DNA of 64,000 nucleotides, from the sequence record OZ035790.1; one strand, given 5' to 3'. The notes beneath the pieces are model-generated. The model did not search any database and was not told where the DNA came from. It saw only the letters and a list, made by a program, of their open reading frames with translations. This DNA comes from Felixounavirus LF110P4. Position 1 is the first letter of the stretch, and the number at the start of each line of letters is the position of its first letter. Shown piece after piece: positions 1-9,889 of the stretch. Made by a program: the position numbers and the translations under genes.

Positions 1-854
1 CTCACTCTAATAAGACTGCTGCACATGCAAGAGGAATCTCTTTTGTGTATGGCTCAAATGGACTGGCAACATTTACCTATGCCTATGACAAAGACGGCAG
101 ATATGCTGGAGAAGCACAGATTTATACAACTGCCTTTAAACCAACCCCTTCAGATATTGGTGCATACACTAAAGCTGAAACTGACCAGAAGATTGCACAG
201 GCAGTAAGTGACTCTACAGACCTTAATAAAATCTATCCAGTAGGTATTGTAACGTGGTTTAACAGCAACGTTGACCCTAATACAGCACTTCCTGGTCTAA
301 CTTGGACGTACCTGAACAATGGTGTTGGGAGAACTATTAGAATTGCAGCAGCAAATGGTTCAGATGTTGCTACAACTGGTGGTTCAGATTCTGTGACGTT
401 AGCTGTTGGTAACTTGCCATCACACACCCATAGTTTCTCTGCTACCACTTCATCTTTTGATTATGGTACGAAGGGGACTAACAGTACGGGTGGTCACACT
501 CACTCCGTAAGTGGCACAACAAGTGCTGCTGGCAACCACGCTCACCACTTAGGTCTGCTATTAGTTAACGGTGGTGATGCTCTGTACGGGTATACAACCG
601 TTGGTAACAGTCTGCCTAGAACACTTGACTGGCTTGACAGAAGAGACAATAAATTTCCTAACACTAACACGACTGGTAACCATACACACACATGGTCTGG
701 TACTACAAGTGGTGCTGGTGACCATTCCCACTCTGTAGGTATTGGTGCTCACAGCCATACAGTTAGTGGTAACACTGGTAGTACGGGTTCTGGTTCAGCG
801 TTTAGTGTTACTAACCAGTTCTACAAGTTAATGGCTTGGGTGAGGACTGCTTAA
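1..854 (+). CDS. tail fibre protein, C-terminal part (5' end outside window)
   Basis: Frame 3 is open from the window edge; Gly/Ser/Thr-rich with repeated [20 protein letters not shown] / [20 protein letters not shown] His-x-His motifs typical of distal tail-fibre tips. Confidence 0.6.
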   Translation, partial: HSNKTAAHARGISFVYGSNGLATFTYAYDKDGRYAGEAQIYTTAFKPTPSDIGAYTKAETDQKIAQAVSDSTDLNKIYPVGIVTWFNSNVDPNTALPGLTWTYLNNGVGRTIRIAAANGSDVATTGGSDSVTLAVGNLPSHTHSFSATTSSFDYGTKGTNSTGGHTHSVSGTTSAAGNHAHHLGLLLVNGGDALYGYTTVGNSLPRTLDWLDRRDNKFPNTNTTGNHTHTWSGTTSGAGDHSHSVGIGAHSHTVSGNTGSTGSGSAFSVTNQFYKLMAWVRTA

Positions 855-861
855 TCCCTTG

Positions 862-890
862 TTGACTGATTGTTAAGATGGTGTTAATAT
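862..890 (+). promoter_or_regulatory. sigma70-like promoter (TTGACT-17-TAATAT)
   Basis: Consensus-like -35 and -10 hexamers with 17 bp spacer upstream of ORF 934. Confidence 0.45.
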
Positions 891-933
891 TCTTTATGGG
901 TATTCTCACCATCTTGGCTGATGAGGTGATTAA

Positions 934-1128
934 ATGCCTACAATCCTAGCAATTCTTCTAAAAAATCTAGGTAGCTTCTTCTGGAAACTCATTTTATCCC
1001 TTCTAAGTGAATACATGATTGAGAAAGTGTTCTTTAAGCTTGCAAGATACCTTGCGAGTAAAACAGACACACCTATTGATGATGAGTTCGTAGATAACTT
1101 AGAAAAAGCTTTTAAGGGGGAGAAATAA
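934..1128 (+). CDS. hypothetical protein (64 aa)
   Basis: ORF co-directional with neighbours, preceded by promoter-like site. Confidence 0.35.
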   Translation: MPTILAILLKNLGSFFWKLILSLLSEYMIEKVFFKLARYLASKTDTPIDDEFVDNLEKAFKGEK

Positions 1129-1494
1129 ATGAAGTGGCTAGAGGAAGCTTTTAAAAATAATATTGGTGCAATTGTAGTTGGTATTTTTAGTGTTATTGGG
1201 ATGTATACCACCATGCAAGTTTCGGATGGTAAGCAAGAAGTGTCTGTCACAACAAAGTTACAGCAGCTAGATAATTACAGCAAAGCTAATTACTCAGCTA
1301 TTCGTGATTTACAGTCTGACATGAGACTGATTCAGCTAGGGATGGAGAACCAGAAAGTTCAGTTAGAGAATGTTAAGGGTGAAAACGCAAAACTTACCAA
1401 AACTCTTGATAAATTCTCTGACAGTGTAAATAATCTGGCTCAATCAGTATCAGCCCTCCAAGCTATTACTGAGAAGAACACAAAAGAACACTGA
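1129..1494 (+). CDS. hypothetical membrane-anchored coiled-coil protein
   Basis: N-terminal hydrophobic helix (IGAIVVGIFSVIGMY) followed by heptad-like region; lies after the tail-fibre gene. Confidence 0.4.
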   Translation: MKWLEEAFKNNIGAIVVGIFSVIGMYTTMQVSDGKQEVSVTTKLQQLDNYSKANYSAIRDLQSDMRLIQLGMENQKVQLENVKGENAKLTKTLDKFSDSVNNLAQSVSALQAITEKNTKEH

Positions 1495-1506
1495 AAATAA
1501 AATTTT

Positions 1507-1540
1507 AAGGCTCCTTTTTACGGGAGCCTTTTTTGTTTTT
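1507..1540. terminator. bidirectional rho-independent terminator
   Basis: Hairpin AAGGCTCC...GGAGCCTT followed by T-run, between convergent ORF 1129-1494 (+) and thyA (-). Confidence 0.6.
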
Positions 1541-2438
1541 ACTTACCTACTGACAAAGGTGCTTCAATCTTTCCTGCATGTTTGTAGTTGTTGATGCCAC
1601 CAATAAAGTCACTTGCAGTAAGATGTTTAAGGTCACTTAGAGTGTTAAGCTGTACACCAATCTCAAAAGTAGGTGCATGGAACTCTTCATTGTTCATCAG
1701 TTCATAAACCTGCTTCATATGGTTCTGATAAATTTGAGTATCTCCAAAGACACCTATCAAGTATCGTGGAGTGTATCCAGTCATCTTACAAAGAACTTCT
1801 AAGATAAAGCCATAAGACGCAATATTAAACGGAAGTCCTAAAAAGGTGTCTACAGAACGCTGATACCATTGTAAGTCAACTTCACCTTCGTTAGTGATAT
1901 AAATCTGAAACAGTACATGACAAGGTGCTAAAGCCATCGAGTTAGCTGCAATATCTGCTGCATTCCAAGCATTAACAAGCATGTAGCGGTCTGTAATATC
2001 ACCCTTCATCTTCGTTACTAAGGTCTCTAACTGGTCTACAACACAACCATTATGACCTTCAAAGTTTCTCCACTGAACCCCGTAGATTCTCCCACCTGCA
2101 TCTTCTAACCAGTCTTGTTCAGAAGAATAGTTAGAGCTTAACCAGCGTTTAAAATCATCTGACCAGATAGTCCAGCGTTCCCCATCATTTTCACCCCAAG
2201 TACGGTAACGGAGTTCGCCAAGTTTATTCTCACCATTCAGGAACCATAAAGCTTCCCCGATAACTTGCCGTGTAAACACCTGTTTAGATGTTAAGAGTGG
2301 GAAACCAGTACGCATATCAAAACGAAATTGTGGTGGAGCAAATGCAGAGATAACATCTCCAGTTCGTGTAGTACGCAGTTCACCAACGGATAAAACATGG
2401 TTCAGGATATTTTTGTAACTCAAATCAGCTTGTGACAT
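1539..2438 (-). CDS. thyA: thymidylate synthase (ThyA-type)
   Basis: 299 aa; conserved ThyA motifs including active-site region ALAPCHVLFQIY and C-terminal DTQIYQNH-like segment. Confidence 0.9.
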   Translation of the reverse strand: MSQADLSYKNILNHVLSVGELRTTRTGDVISAFAPPQFRFDMRTGFPLLTSKQVFTRQVIGEALWFLNGENKLGELRYRTWGENDGERWTIWSDDFKRWLSSNYSSEQDWLEDAGGRIYGVQWRNFEGHNGCVVDQLETLVTKMKGDITDRYMLVNAWNAADIAANSMALAPCHVLFQIYITNEGEVDLQWYQRSVDTFLGLPFNIASYGFILEVLCKMTGYTPRYLIGVFGDTQIYQNHMKQVYELMNNEEFHAPTFEIGVQLNTLSDLKHLTASDFIGGINNYKHAGKIEAPLSVGK

Positions 2439-2439
2439 A

Positions 2440-2985
2440 TCAAAAGTGTCCTTTTACTTGTGGAACATAAATCTCAAAGGTTGCTTTACCATCATCTGAG
2501 GGTCTTGACTGCACCTTTGCAAATACACGGCTATCATACAGTTTATCGAAGAAGTTTTCAAAAGGTAAATGTACAGTGACCTCTTCAGTAACTTTATGGA
2601 AAACAGTATGGAACACTACATCAGCATATGGTAAAGCATTGACAAGGACACCTGCACCACCAATTACAAAGACATCTTCATCAATAGAGCTATCAAGATA
2701 CTTCAAAAATGCTCCAAAGGATTCTTTGCTGGCCTTAGCATACATTACATCATCTTTGCCAAAATCTATGCCTAAATATGGTACAGAATTTGTTAAGATT
2801 AGGTTTGCACGTTCTGGTAATGGTTTGCTACCCAGAGTCTTAAAAGTCTCATTACCCATCACTACTAAGTTGTTTTTAGTGAGTCTCTTAAACTCTTGCA
2901 TATCTTGCTTATGTCGAGGCCACGGCATACCAGTTGGAGTACCAAATTCACCGTTTTCACCACTTGCAAATATTAGCTTAATCAT
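2440..2985 (-). CDS. frd: dihydrofolate reductase
   Basis: 181 aa; GMPW substrate-binding motif near N-terminus and VIGGAGVLVNALPYADVV NADPH-binding segment; adjacent to thyA. Confidence 0.85.
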   Translation of the reverse strand: MIKLIFASGENGEFGTPTGMPWPRHKQDMQEFKRLTKNNLVVMGNETFKTLGSKPLPERANLILTNSVPYLGIDFGKDDVMYAKASKESFGAFLKYLDSSIDEDVFVIGGAGVLVNALPYADVVFHTVFHKVTEEVTVHLPFENFFDKLYDSRVFAKVQSRPSDDGKATFEIYVPQVKGHF

Positions 2986-3242
2986 TTTGTAAACCCTTTC
3001 TTAATGAACCAGTTGATGACACTCTTCACAACTTTACTACGATGGTAGATAAAATGTGGAGAGGGTTGGTATGAACCATAAGCCCAGAAAGCGATAATTT
3101 CATTACACCCTGTGCATCGGGTACTTTCTTCAGCAATATGACCGTTGACTATTTCACTTACCTCACCTTGTAAGTCTGTACACCCACAATGTGGGCATCG
3201 GATAGGTGTTCCATCAGACTCATAGCAGTGTTCAATTTTCAT
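2982..3242 (-). CDS. zinc-ribbon protein
   Basis: CPHCGC ... CTGC paired Cys motifs; start overlaps frd stop. Confidence 0.45.
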   Translation of the reverse strand: MKIEHCYESDGTPIRCPHCGCTDLQGEVSEIVNGHIAEESTRCTGCNEIIAFWAYGSYQPSPHFIYHRSKVVKSVINWFIKKGFTK

Positions 3243-3758
3243 TTACTTAACCTCAAAAACTGGCTCAAGAACCAATATAAAGTCTACACAGTCATCTTCT
3301 TCATCCAGAATACCATCAAAGTTCTTAGGAACGAAGTCGAAGAGGCTCATCACAAAGCAGTCAGAAGTGACCTTGATAGTTCCTCCCATGTTCTCTACAG
3401 TTAACACTGTACGACTTTCTTTTACCTCCCTCAGAAGATTACCCACAAAGTCATCTAAGAAGTACTTCATCAGTGACTTAAAACCTTTAGGATAATCTGT
3501 ACCAGAGTATGTTTCAATCTGAGGCACAAGCTTAACATTTATACTAGTCTTTGTTAAGAACGTGTTAGAGAACATACTATCAGGTAGTTTGCAAACAATC
3601 TTTCCAGTACCTTCATGTTCAATCTCAACAAAACCAGCTTCGTCGCCACATGTAACTATTTTAAAAGATGCTTCATTCTCATACTGTGAAGCCATAAACT
3701 TTTTAAGCATCTCTTTAAGGAAATCTGCATGAGCATCTTGTAAGTAGATATCAATCAT
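3243..3758 (-). CDS. hypothetical protein
   Basis: 171 aa ORF in minus-strand operon; no recognisable motif. Confidence 0.45.
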   Translation of the reverse strand: MIDIYLQDAHADFLKEMLKKFMASQYENEASFKIVTCGDEAGFVEIEHEGTGKIVCKLPDSMFSNTFLTKTSINVKLVPQIETYSGTDYPKGFKSLMKYFLDDFVGNLLREVKESRTVLTVENMGGTIKVTSDCFVMSLFDFVPKNFDGILDEEDDCVDFILVLEPVFEVK

Positions 3759-3771
3759 AGTTAATCACCTA

Positions 3772-4131
3772 TTATGGGAACAGACACTTAATGTCATCAT
3801 TTTTGAAAACGAAACTTGTGTAGTTGTGACCGTCAACATCCAGCCAAACAGCCTGAACATCTACACCATCAAGATTCTGGTAAAGCTCTTTGATGAAGTG
3901 GTCTTTCACAACCTGACTGCTAGTTGTTTCCAGTTTAATGTTTGAGATTGCTGAGCCTACAGCCATATAGCCCATGACACGTTTCTTCTCAGTGTGCTTA
4001 ATCTTACCATCTTTGTAAGCCATAATGAGATTGGAGAGAATCTTCACACCATAATACTTTTCAAGGTGAGTTGGTACGCCATAAAAGCCTAATGCGAAGT
4101 TTTCAGAGTGGATAATGTTTTCACGTTTCAT
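3772..4131 (-). CDS. hypothetical protein
   Basis: 119 aa ORF in minus-strand operon. Confidence 0.45.
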   Translation of the reverse strand: MKRENIIHSENFALGFYGVPTHLEKYYGVKILSNLIMAYKDGKIKHTEKKRVMGYMAVGSAISNIKLETTSSQVVKDHFIKELYQNLDGVDVQAVWLDVDGHNYTSFVFKNDDIKCLFP

Positions 4132-4132
4132 A

Positions 4133-4462
4133 TTAATCTGCCAACCTTAAATTGAAATTAACACCAAATTTTTCACATACTTCCAACATATACTCAAGGG
4201 AGACGTTACCAGTGAGATGGATTATGTTGGATACACGAGCCTGAGAGATACCACAAATTTTAGCAACTTGCTCTTGAGAAAGACCTCTGGATTTAATCTC
4301 TCTCTTAAAACGATGTGCAACGAAGTCTCTCATTTCGTCTACATCCATTGGACAAATATAACTCTCCATTTCAGCCTCTCTATCAGCCTCCCAATCATCT
4401 TGTGGGGCATAAGGGTCAAAAACCTCATTCATCTTTCTTCTTCCGTTTGCGTGAAGTGTCAA
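4133..4462 (-). CDS. helix-turn-helix DNA-binding protein
   Basis: XRE-type HTH-like segment GLSQEQVAKICGISQARVSNIIH. Confidence 0.5.
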   Translation of the reverse strand: MTLHANGRRKMNEVFDPYAPQDDWEADREAEMESYICPMDVDEMRDFVAHRFKREIKSRGLSQEQVAKICGISQARVSNIIHLTGNVSLEYMLEVCEKFGVNFNLRLAD

Positions 4463-4637
4463 TTAATGAATCTATGTTTGTAGCCCTAACCTTTTCACGT
4501 TCATCGTTAAGATAATCATCAAGAGCCTTTTCAATCTGTGAATCATCTTGACAGATGACTGTAAAGACTGTAAAGCCGTCTGTATCGTCAATTATCTTAC
4601 CATAACCGCTTCTGGGATGTAACTTTTTAAGAGCCAT
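4425..4637 (-). CDS. hypothetical protein
   Basis: 70 aa ORF, co-directional, short overlap with neighbour. Confidence 0.35.
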   Translation of the reverse strand: MALKKLHPRSGYGKIIDDTDGFTVFTVICQDDSQIEKALDDYLNDEREKVRATNIDSLIDTSRKRKKKDE

Positions 4638-4638
4638 A

Positions 4639-5022
4639 TCAGATACCTGTGCAGCTTCTGTTTTCTAAGAAATACTCAACACCATACATGGCTTTTTGCA
4701 TCAAATCTTCTTTAAACTGAATACGATGATTGAGCATAGTTTGTACATCAATATCGTCATGGTGTTTCTCTTTAATATTTGCAGATTGTAGGAAATACTC
4801 TGCAAGAACACGATACTGATAGTCAGTTACCTTATCAGTCATCTCTGTTAAAGACTCTTCAGAGATTGGTTTCAGTAGCTCACCATTAGCTAGAGCAACA
4901 CCTTTTACAATCTGGCAAGTATCTTCTGGAACACCTGACAAGTCCACATTTGGGAGTTCTGTTGCATTGACTGGTAAATTCATTGCCATAACCATTGCAG
5001 CAGCTAATAAAATCTTTTTCAT
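4639..5022 (-). CDS. secreted/periplasmic protein
   Basis: N-terminal signal peptide MKKILLAAAMVMAMNLPVNA. Confidence 0.5.
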   Translation of the reverse strand: MKKILLAAAMVMAMNLPVNATELPNVDLSGVPEDTCQIVKGVALANGELLKPISEESLTEMTDKVTDYQYRVLAEYFLQSANIKEKHHDDIDVQTMLNHRIQFKEDLMQKAMYGVEYFLENRSCTGI

Positions 5023-5039
5023 AATGACCTCAAAGTTAT

Positions 5040-5520
5040 ATTAAATTTTGTATTACATTGAGTATAAAAATAAGCTATAACACCTGACTTGTCAACAGAT
5101 TTTATAGCTTATTTGGCAGATTTTTTATAAGGCTACTGCCATCCTTCCATACCCTACCTTACCACACCTAACCATACCTAACCAAACTACACCATACAAT
5201 ACCTTATTAAAAGACCCTCTTAAAGACCTTTTAAAAAGGTAAGTCTCATTTTAATGTAGCTCCGATTAACTACCCACACCTTACCTCACCTGACCTGACC
5301 TGACCCTACCTAGCATTACCGTGCCACACCTCACTTAAAAACCCTCTTAGAAGACTCTTAAGTGATGTAATCGGATTTTAATGTAGCTCCGATTAACTAC
5401 CCGCACTTTACCAAACCTCACCCTACCCTACCAGACCTTACCTAACCGCGCCGTACCTCATTAAAAGACCCTCTTAAAGACCTTTTAAAAAGGAGCCTCC
5501 GAAGAGGCTACCTAGTCAAC
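5040..5520. repeat. repeat-rich intergenic region with conserved modules and hairpins
   Basis: C/A-rich (ACCTAACC-type) runs; modules AAAGACCCTCTTAAAGACCTTTTAAAAAGG (two copies) and hairpins with conserved loop TTTTAATGTAGC; 3' hairpin GGAGCCTCcgaaGAGGCT acts as terminator for minus-strand gene. Confidence 0.6.
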
Positions 5521-5961
5521 TTAGAAAGGTTTTCTACGTTGCTTGTTAATGTTAGCTTTCATAGCAGCTAAATGGTTTTGCTGTTCAATTAGTCGTGAAC
5601 GTTCTTGATGGCTAAGTACCATAGTGTTCACATTCTCAATCGCTTGAGTGGCTTGCTTTAAAGCACGACCAATCTTACCAGACATTTTACGTTTTGCAAT
5701 AGTTGCTTGATGCTTAGGTTCAACCACACGATAACCAACACCCATTGAAGCAACCAGATAAATCTTCTCTTCTTTAAGAAGCTTCTCAATAAACTTCTCA
5801 AGTCGATTTAAGCGTGTAAGCGCATAAGCCTTCATTTCATCTTCGTACTTAACAATGTCACCTTGATAAGTTGGCTTCACAATACCTAAGAAGGTGTCCA
5901 TCTCAGAATGTGATACAGTGTCACCGTAACTAAACTTTGCTGCTAATGCTTTTGTATTCAT
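5521..5961 (-). CDS. hypothetical protein
   Basis: 146 aa ORF, basic C-terminus. Confidence 0.45.
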   Translation of the reverse strand: MNTKALAAKFSYGDTVSHSEMDTFLGIVKPTYQGDIVKYEDEMKAYALTRLNRLEKFIEKLLKEEKIYLVASMGVGYRVVEPKHQATIAKRKMSGKIGRALKQATQAIENVNTMVLSHQERSRLIEQQNHLAAMKANINKQRRKPF

Positions 5962-5963
5962 AA

Positions 5964-6569
<606 letters not shown>

Positions 6570-6995
6570 TTAGTTGATTGTTAAGTTGTTTGTAAAGAAC
6601 CCTCAATAGAAGACTCTTTAGAAACTTGGTAGATTTTTAACGTGGCTACTACCATCCACCCACACTTTGCCATACCTCACCGCGCCTTACCCGACCTGGC
6701 TGCACCTTGCCTTGCCAAACATCACTTAAAAACCCTATGAGATACCCTATCGAGTATAATTTAAAGGCTCTTAAGTGATGTAAGTCTCATTTTAATGTAG
6801 CTGAGACTAACTACCCATACCCTACTTTACCTTGCCGTACCGTACTTTACCCGACCACACCGGACAATACTTAACCCTACCTCACCCGACCGGACATCAC
6901 TTAAAAACCCTCTTAGAAGACTCTTAAGTGATGCTGGTGAGTACCCGTTGGTCTATGCTGTTCAGTATACTCACCAAATTTTCTATGTCAACAAC
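6570..6995. repeat. second copy of repeat-rich intergenic module
   Basis: Shares CTCTTAGAAGACTCTTAAGTGATG and hairpin AGTCTCAttttaatgtagcTGAGACT plus C/A-rich tracts with region 5040-5520. Confidence 0.6.
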
Positions 6996-6997
6996 TT

Positions 6998-8137
6998 TTA
7001 TTCATAATCTCGTATAATGAGACCAACAGGGAACTGTAAAGAACCCTTACGAGTCATCTTCTGGAACTGAACCGTTAAAGGTTTCCCGATAAACTCTTCA
7101 GGATGCTCAGCAAGATACTGTTTCTTCTCATGAGTAGTCTTCCATGAGACATCTACAAAGACGTTAGGAAGAGTCTCTACAACGAACTTACCATGACCAC
7201 GTTTATCAGTCTTTACACCAGTAACTTTAAACTCTTCAGTGTGCATCTTCTTGTGCTTAATCAAGAAGTATGAACGGTGGCCACACTCATAGAAAGATTC
7301 TTCAGAGATTGAACGGTACATTGCACCTTCAAACTTAGCTTCAACCCACTTATCATGAGCTTCATCAAATTCTTCCCAAGAATTTACACGACGAGACTTA
7401 ACAGGAATAACTTTACAGCCATCTCTGAAGTCATTCAATGGTGAAGTCTCAATAATATCTCTACGCTCAGGCCACGTCTTAGTGCTGTCACAGATATCGT
7501 ACCAGTAAAACTTGAGTAAATGTCGGTCAGGATTGTCTTCATTTTTAATCATGGAGACAATATCTTCTAAGTCCAACCCGTGAGCATAGATTTCACCATC
7601 AAATTCATCAACGTCTTTATGGAGCCTCAACATTGCCATAATGTCAGGTATTAGCTCAGTAGGAATTTTATAAATAGTGTTCTCACGAGAATATGCTGTA
7701 AATACGCTGCCAATACTTAAGTGTCTTGAAATTCTACAACGGACACCATCAAGTTTTGGTTGAGCATCAGCAGGGAACTTCAGATACTTTGCATGGCTAA
7801 CCTTTGCAGCATCATGAGCAAGCTGTACACCTACCTTCTCAGTATTCTGTGCAGACTCTTTTGTGTAAGAATAACCTTTGCGGTCAACTTGCTTTTTATA
7901 CTTAGCAGCAACTTCAAAGAGGGCTTGCTGTTCAGTGTTACGCTCATTCTTTTTACCGATGTTTTTAGGTTCTGCTGTATACTCTTCAAACATCATCTTG
8001 CCATTTTCTTTACCGTAGGTTGTAATAACTTTGTCACCTACAGCAACGCATGACCAGACGTTGAAGGAACCGTCTTTATTTTGTTTGTACAGAATTGTCA
8101 TTTTTAACCTCTGAGTGATACCAAGTGTCACAAGCAT
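6998..8137 (-). CDS. ATP-dependent DNA ligase
   Basis: Nucleotidyltransferase motif I KLDGVR, motif III FDGEIY, motif IV EGAMY, motif V LIKHKK; true start may be internal Met. Confidence 0.65.
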   Translation of the reverse strand: MLVTLGITQRLKMTILYKQNKDGSFNVWSCVAVGDKVITTYGKENGKMMFEEYTAEPKNIGKKNERNTEQQALFEVAAKYKKQVDRKGYSYTKESAQNTEKVGVQLAHDAAKVSHAKYLKFPADAQPKLDGVRCRISRHLSIGSVFTAYSRENTIYKIPTELIPDIMAMLRLHKDVDEFDGEIYAHGLDLEDIVSMIKNEDNPDRHLLKFYWYDICDSTKTWPERRDIIETSPLNDFRDGCKVIPVKSRRVNSWEEFDEAHDKWVEAKFEGAMYRSISEESFYECGHRSYFLIKHKKMHTEEFKVTGVKTDKRGHGKFVVETLPNVFVDVSWKTTHEKKQYLAEHPEEFIGKPLTVQFQKMTRKGSLQFPVGLIIRDYE

Positions 8138-8294
8138 TACATGCGTAAAGCTCTAAGTCGTTTTTATCTGGTTTATGGAAACAGTTTGACCCACAACGAC
8201 ACCGGAATAACTTACCATCAACACGAAGAATGAATGTTTCAAGCTCACCATCTTCTGTAAGAACTGCGTTCTTAAATTTATCTTCTACAGTCAT
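8076..8294 (-). CDS. zinc-finger protein
   Basis: CRCGSNC ... CNAC Cys clusters. Confidence 0.4.
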   Translation of the reverse strand: MTVEDKFKNAVLTEDGELETFILRVDGKLFRCRCGSNCFHKPDKNDLELYACNACDTWYHSEVKNDNSVQTK

Positions 8295-8596
8295 TTTCTC
8301 TTACCACCAATCTCTACGTCAATAACTTGAACATCACCAGCAACATCAAACTTATGAATGATGCTTTCCACAGTGTAAGTCCAACCATCAATGCGAACCA
8401 ACTCACCTTCTCGTGGAACTATTGGATTACGTTGAGCTACGGTTGTAGTGGAGTGAACAACATCATAACAGTAGATATAGTTTACTAGAACTTCCATCTT
8501 GAGCACCTCACTCAATAACAGTAGTGTGTGATTGACCATTTTTGCCATAGCTATAAGATGTTGTTGTTTGAGAGTTTGGACACCTGACAACAACAA
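8291..8596 (-). CDS. hypothetical protein
   Basis: ORF overlaps lipoprotein gene; probable start at internal Met. Confidence 0.35.
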   Translation of the reverse strand: MLLSGVQTLKQQHLIAMAKMVNHTLLLLSEVLKMEVLVNYIYCYDVVHSTTTVAQRNPIVPREGELVRIDGWTYTVESIIHKFDVAGDVQVIDVEIGGKRK

Positions 8597-8765
8597 TGTC
8601 TCTGCTTATGGCATCACCATGTAACTTATAGACTCTGCAATCTTGCATCTCTGGTGGGAGGCTATAAGAAGCGTTTTTGTCCTCGTAAGAGGGATTACAG
8701 CCAGATAGAAAAATTACTCCAAGTGCAACCATTGCTTTCACACAACTCTCAACCTTATTGTTCAC
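8508..8765 (-). CDS. small lipoprotein
   Basis: Signal peptide with lipobox FLSGC. Confidence 0.5.
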   Translation of the reverse strand: MNNKVESCVKAMVALGVIFLSGCNPSYEDKNASYSLPPEMQDCRVYKLHGDAISRDIVVVRCPNSQTTTSYSYGKNGQSHTTVIE

Positions 8766-8897
8766 GATAGTCTACCTCTCTGTATGTTTTTAAATAGTGA
8801 GTGATGAGTTCTGGTAATTCACTACGTTTAACGTTTGAACGAAGAAGTGTCCAGTCAAAACCTTTACCAACCCTTCCCCAGAGACTGTACATTTTCT

Positions 8898-9131
8898 TCA
8901 TAGCAACTCCAGAATATCAATACGTTCACCTTTGAGTACTCCAGTACGGTCTTTTGCAATCTTACCTTCAACAATAAGAATGTGTGCAGACCTTAAAGTG
9001 TCACTGTTAAAGGCTTTTACGAACTTGCTAGGCATCACTACAATACACATCTCCTGAATCAACTCTGGAGTATAGCAGTTGTCGTGAAGTTGCTGAATAA
9101 CGTCTGCAAGTGTCATTTTTGATGTCTCCAA
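8898..9131 (-). CDS. hypothetical protein
   Basis: 77 aa ORF. Confidence 0.4.
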   Translation of the reverse strand: METSKMTLADVIQQLHDNCYTPELIQEMCIVVMPSKFVKAFNSDTLRSAHILIVEGKIAKDRTGVLKGERIDILELL

Positions 9132-9322
9132 TACTCAATGTCAATAAGTTCTTGTGCAATGCTTTTCAGATTACCTTTCAAGAAAACCTTCTCAGAACCT
9201 GAAAGAGATGAATTGTCAATTAACCTGTTCATTCTCTCAAACAACTTCTGCTTACGATTTTTGATAGTCTCCTTTGAAGCACCTTTCATCATCGCTGCAT
9301 GGGTTCTTCCACGATGGCTCAT
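9113..9322 (-). CDS. hypothetical protein
   Basis: 69 aa basic ORF. Confidence 0.4.
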   Translation of the reverse strand: MSHRGRTHAAMMKGASKETIKNRKQKLFERMNRLIDNSSLSGSEKVFLKGNLKSIAQELIDIEYWRHQK

Positions 9323-9373
9323 AAGCCCTCCTATACAAGATACAGTATAAGGTACTCTTCCCTGAGCACCTTG

Positions 9374-9889
9374 TCAACTTAGTTTTGCAAACTCTCCGTG
9401 GAGTTTCACAGCAGCTTCACAGTAAGCTTTATGGGCTTCTTCTTCCGTTGTGTATGTCCCTATATGTATAGTCTTGCCATTATGGTTAATCTGGGCTATC
9501 CACTTACCAGACTTGCTTCTACTTGTGCCTTTTAAGTTTTTTGATGTTCTAGGTTGTCTCCTGTTAGACATGTTCTGTTCTTTTGTGGCCTCTCTTAGAT
9601 TGTCCCAAGCATTATTCAAACCATCTCCATCTTTGTGGTCAATATGTTTATCAGGCCACTTACCTGTCATCCAGAACCAAGCAATTCGGTGATTACCTGT
9701 CCTGTACCCTAAAATCTGTGTGTGCATATACACACCAGACCTTGTGCGCTTAATTGCTCCAGCTTGGCTTCCAATAACCACCCTACTACTATGTGGAGGT
9801 CTGCCAATCCATGTTAAGACCCCTGTTTCGGGGTCATAATCTAACCAAGACTTTAACTGTTCATGTGTGAATCCACAATCTCTCATCAA
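9374..9889 (-). CDS. HNH homing endonuclease (HNH plus AP2-like domain)
   Basis: YDPETGVLTW N-terminal motif, HIDHKDGDGLNN HNH core, C-terminal HGEFA; paralog of ORFs at 19490 and 33197; start overlaps DNA polymerase stop. Confidence 0.75.
   Translation of the reverse strand: MMRDCGFTHEQLKSWLDYDPETGVLTWIGRPPHSSRVVIGSQAGAIKRTRSGVYMHTQILGYRTGNHRIAWFWMTGKWPDKHIDHKDGDGLNNAWDNLREATKEQNMSNRRQPRTSKNLKGTSRSKSGKWIAQINHNGKTIHIGTYTTEEEAHKAYCEAAVKLHGEFAKLS

Noticed and set aside
2576-2992. 138 aa plus-strand ORF antisense to the DHFR gene
   Set aside because: Entirely overlaps a well-supported minus-strand gene; Ser/Leu-rich low-complexity translation typical of antisense frames.
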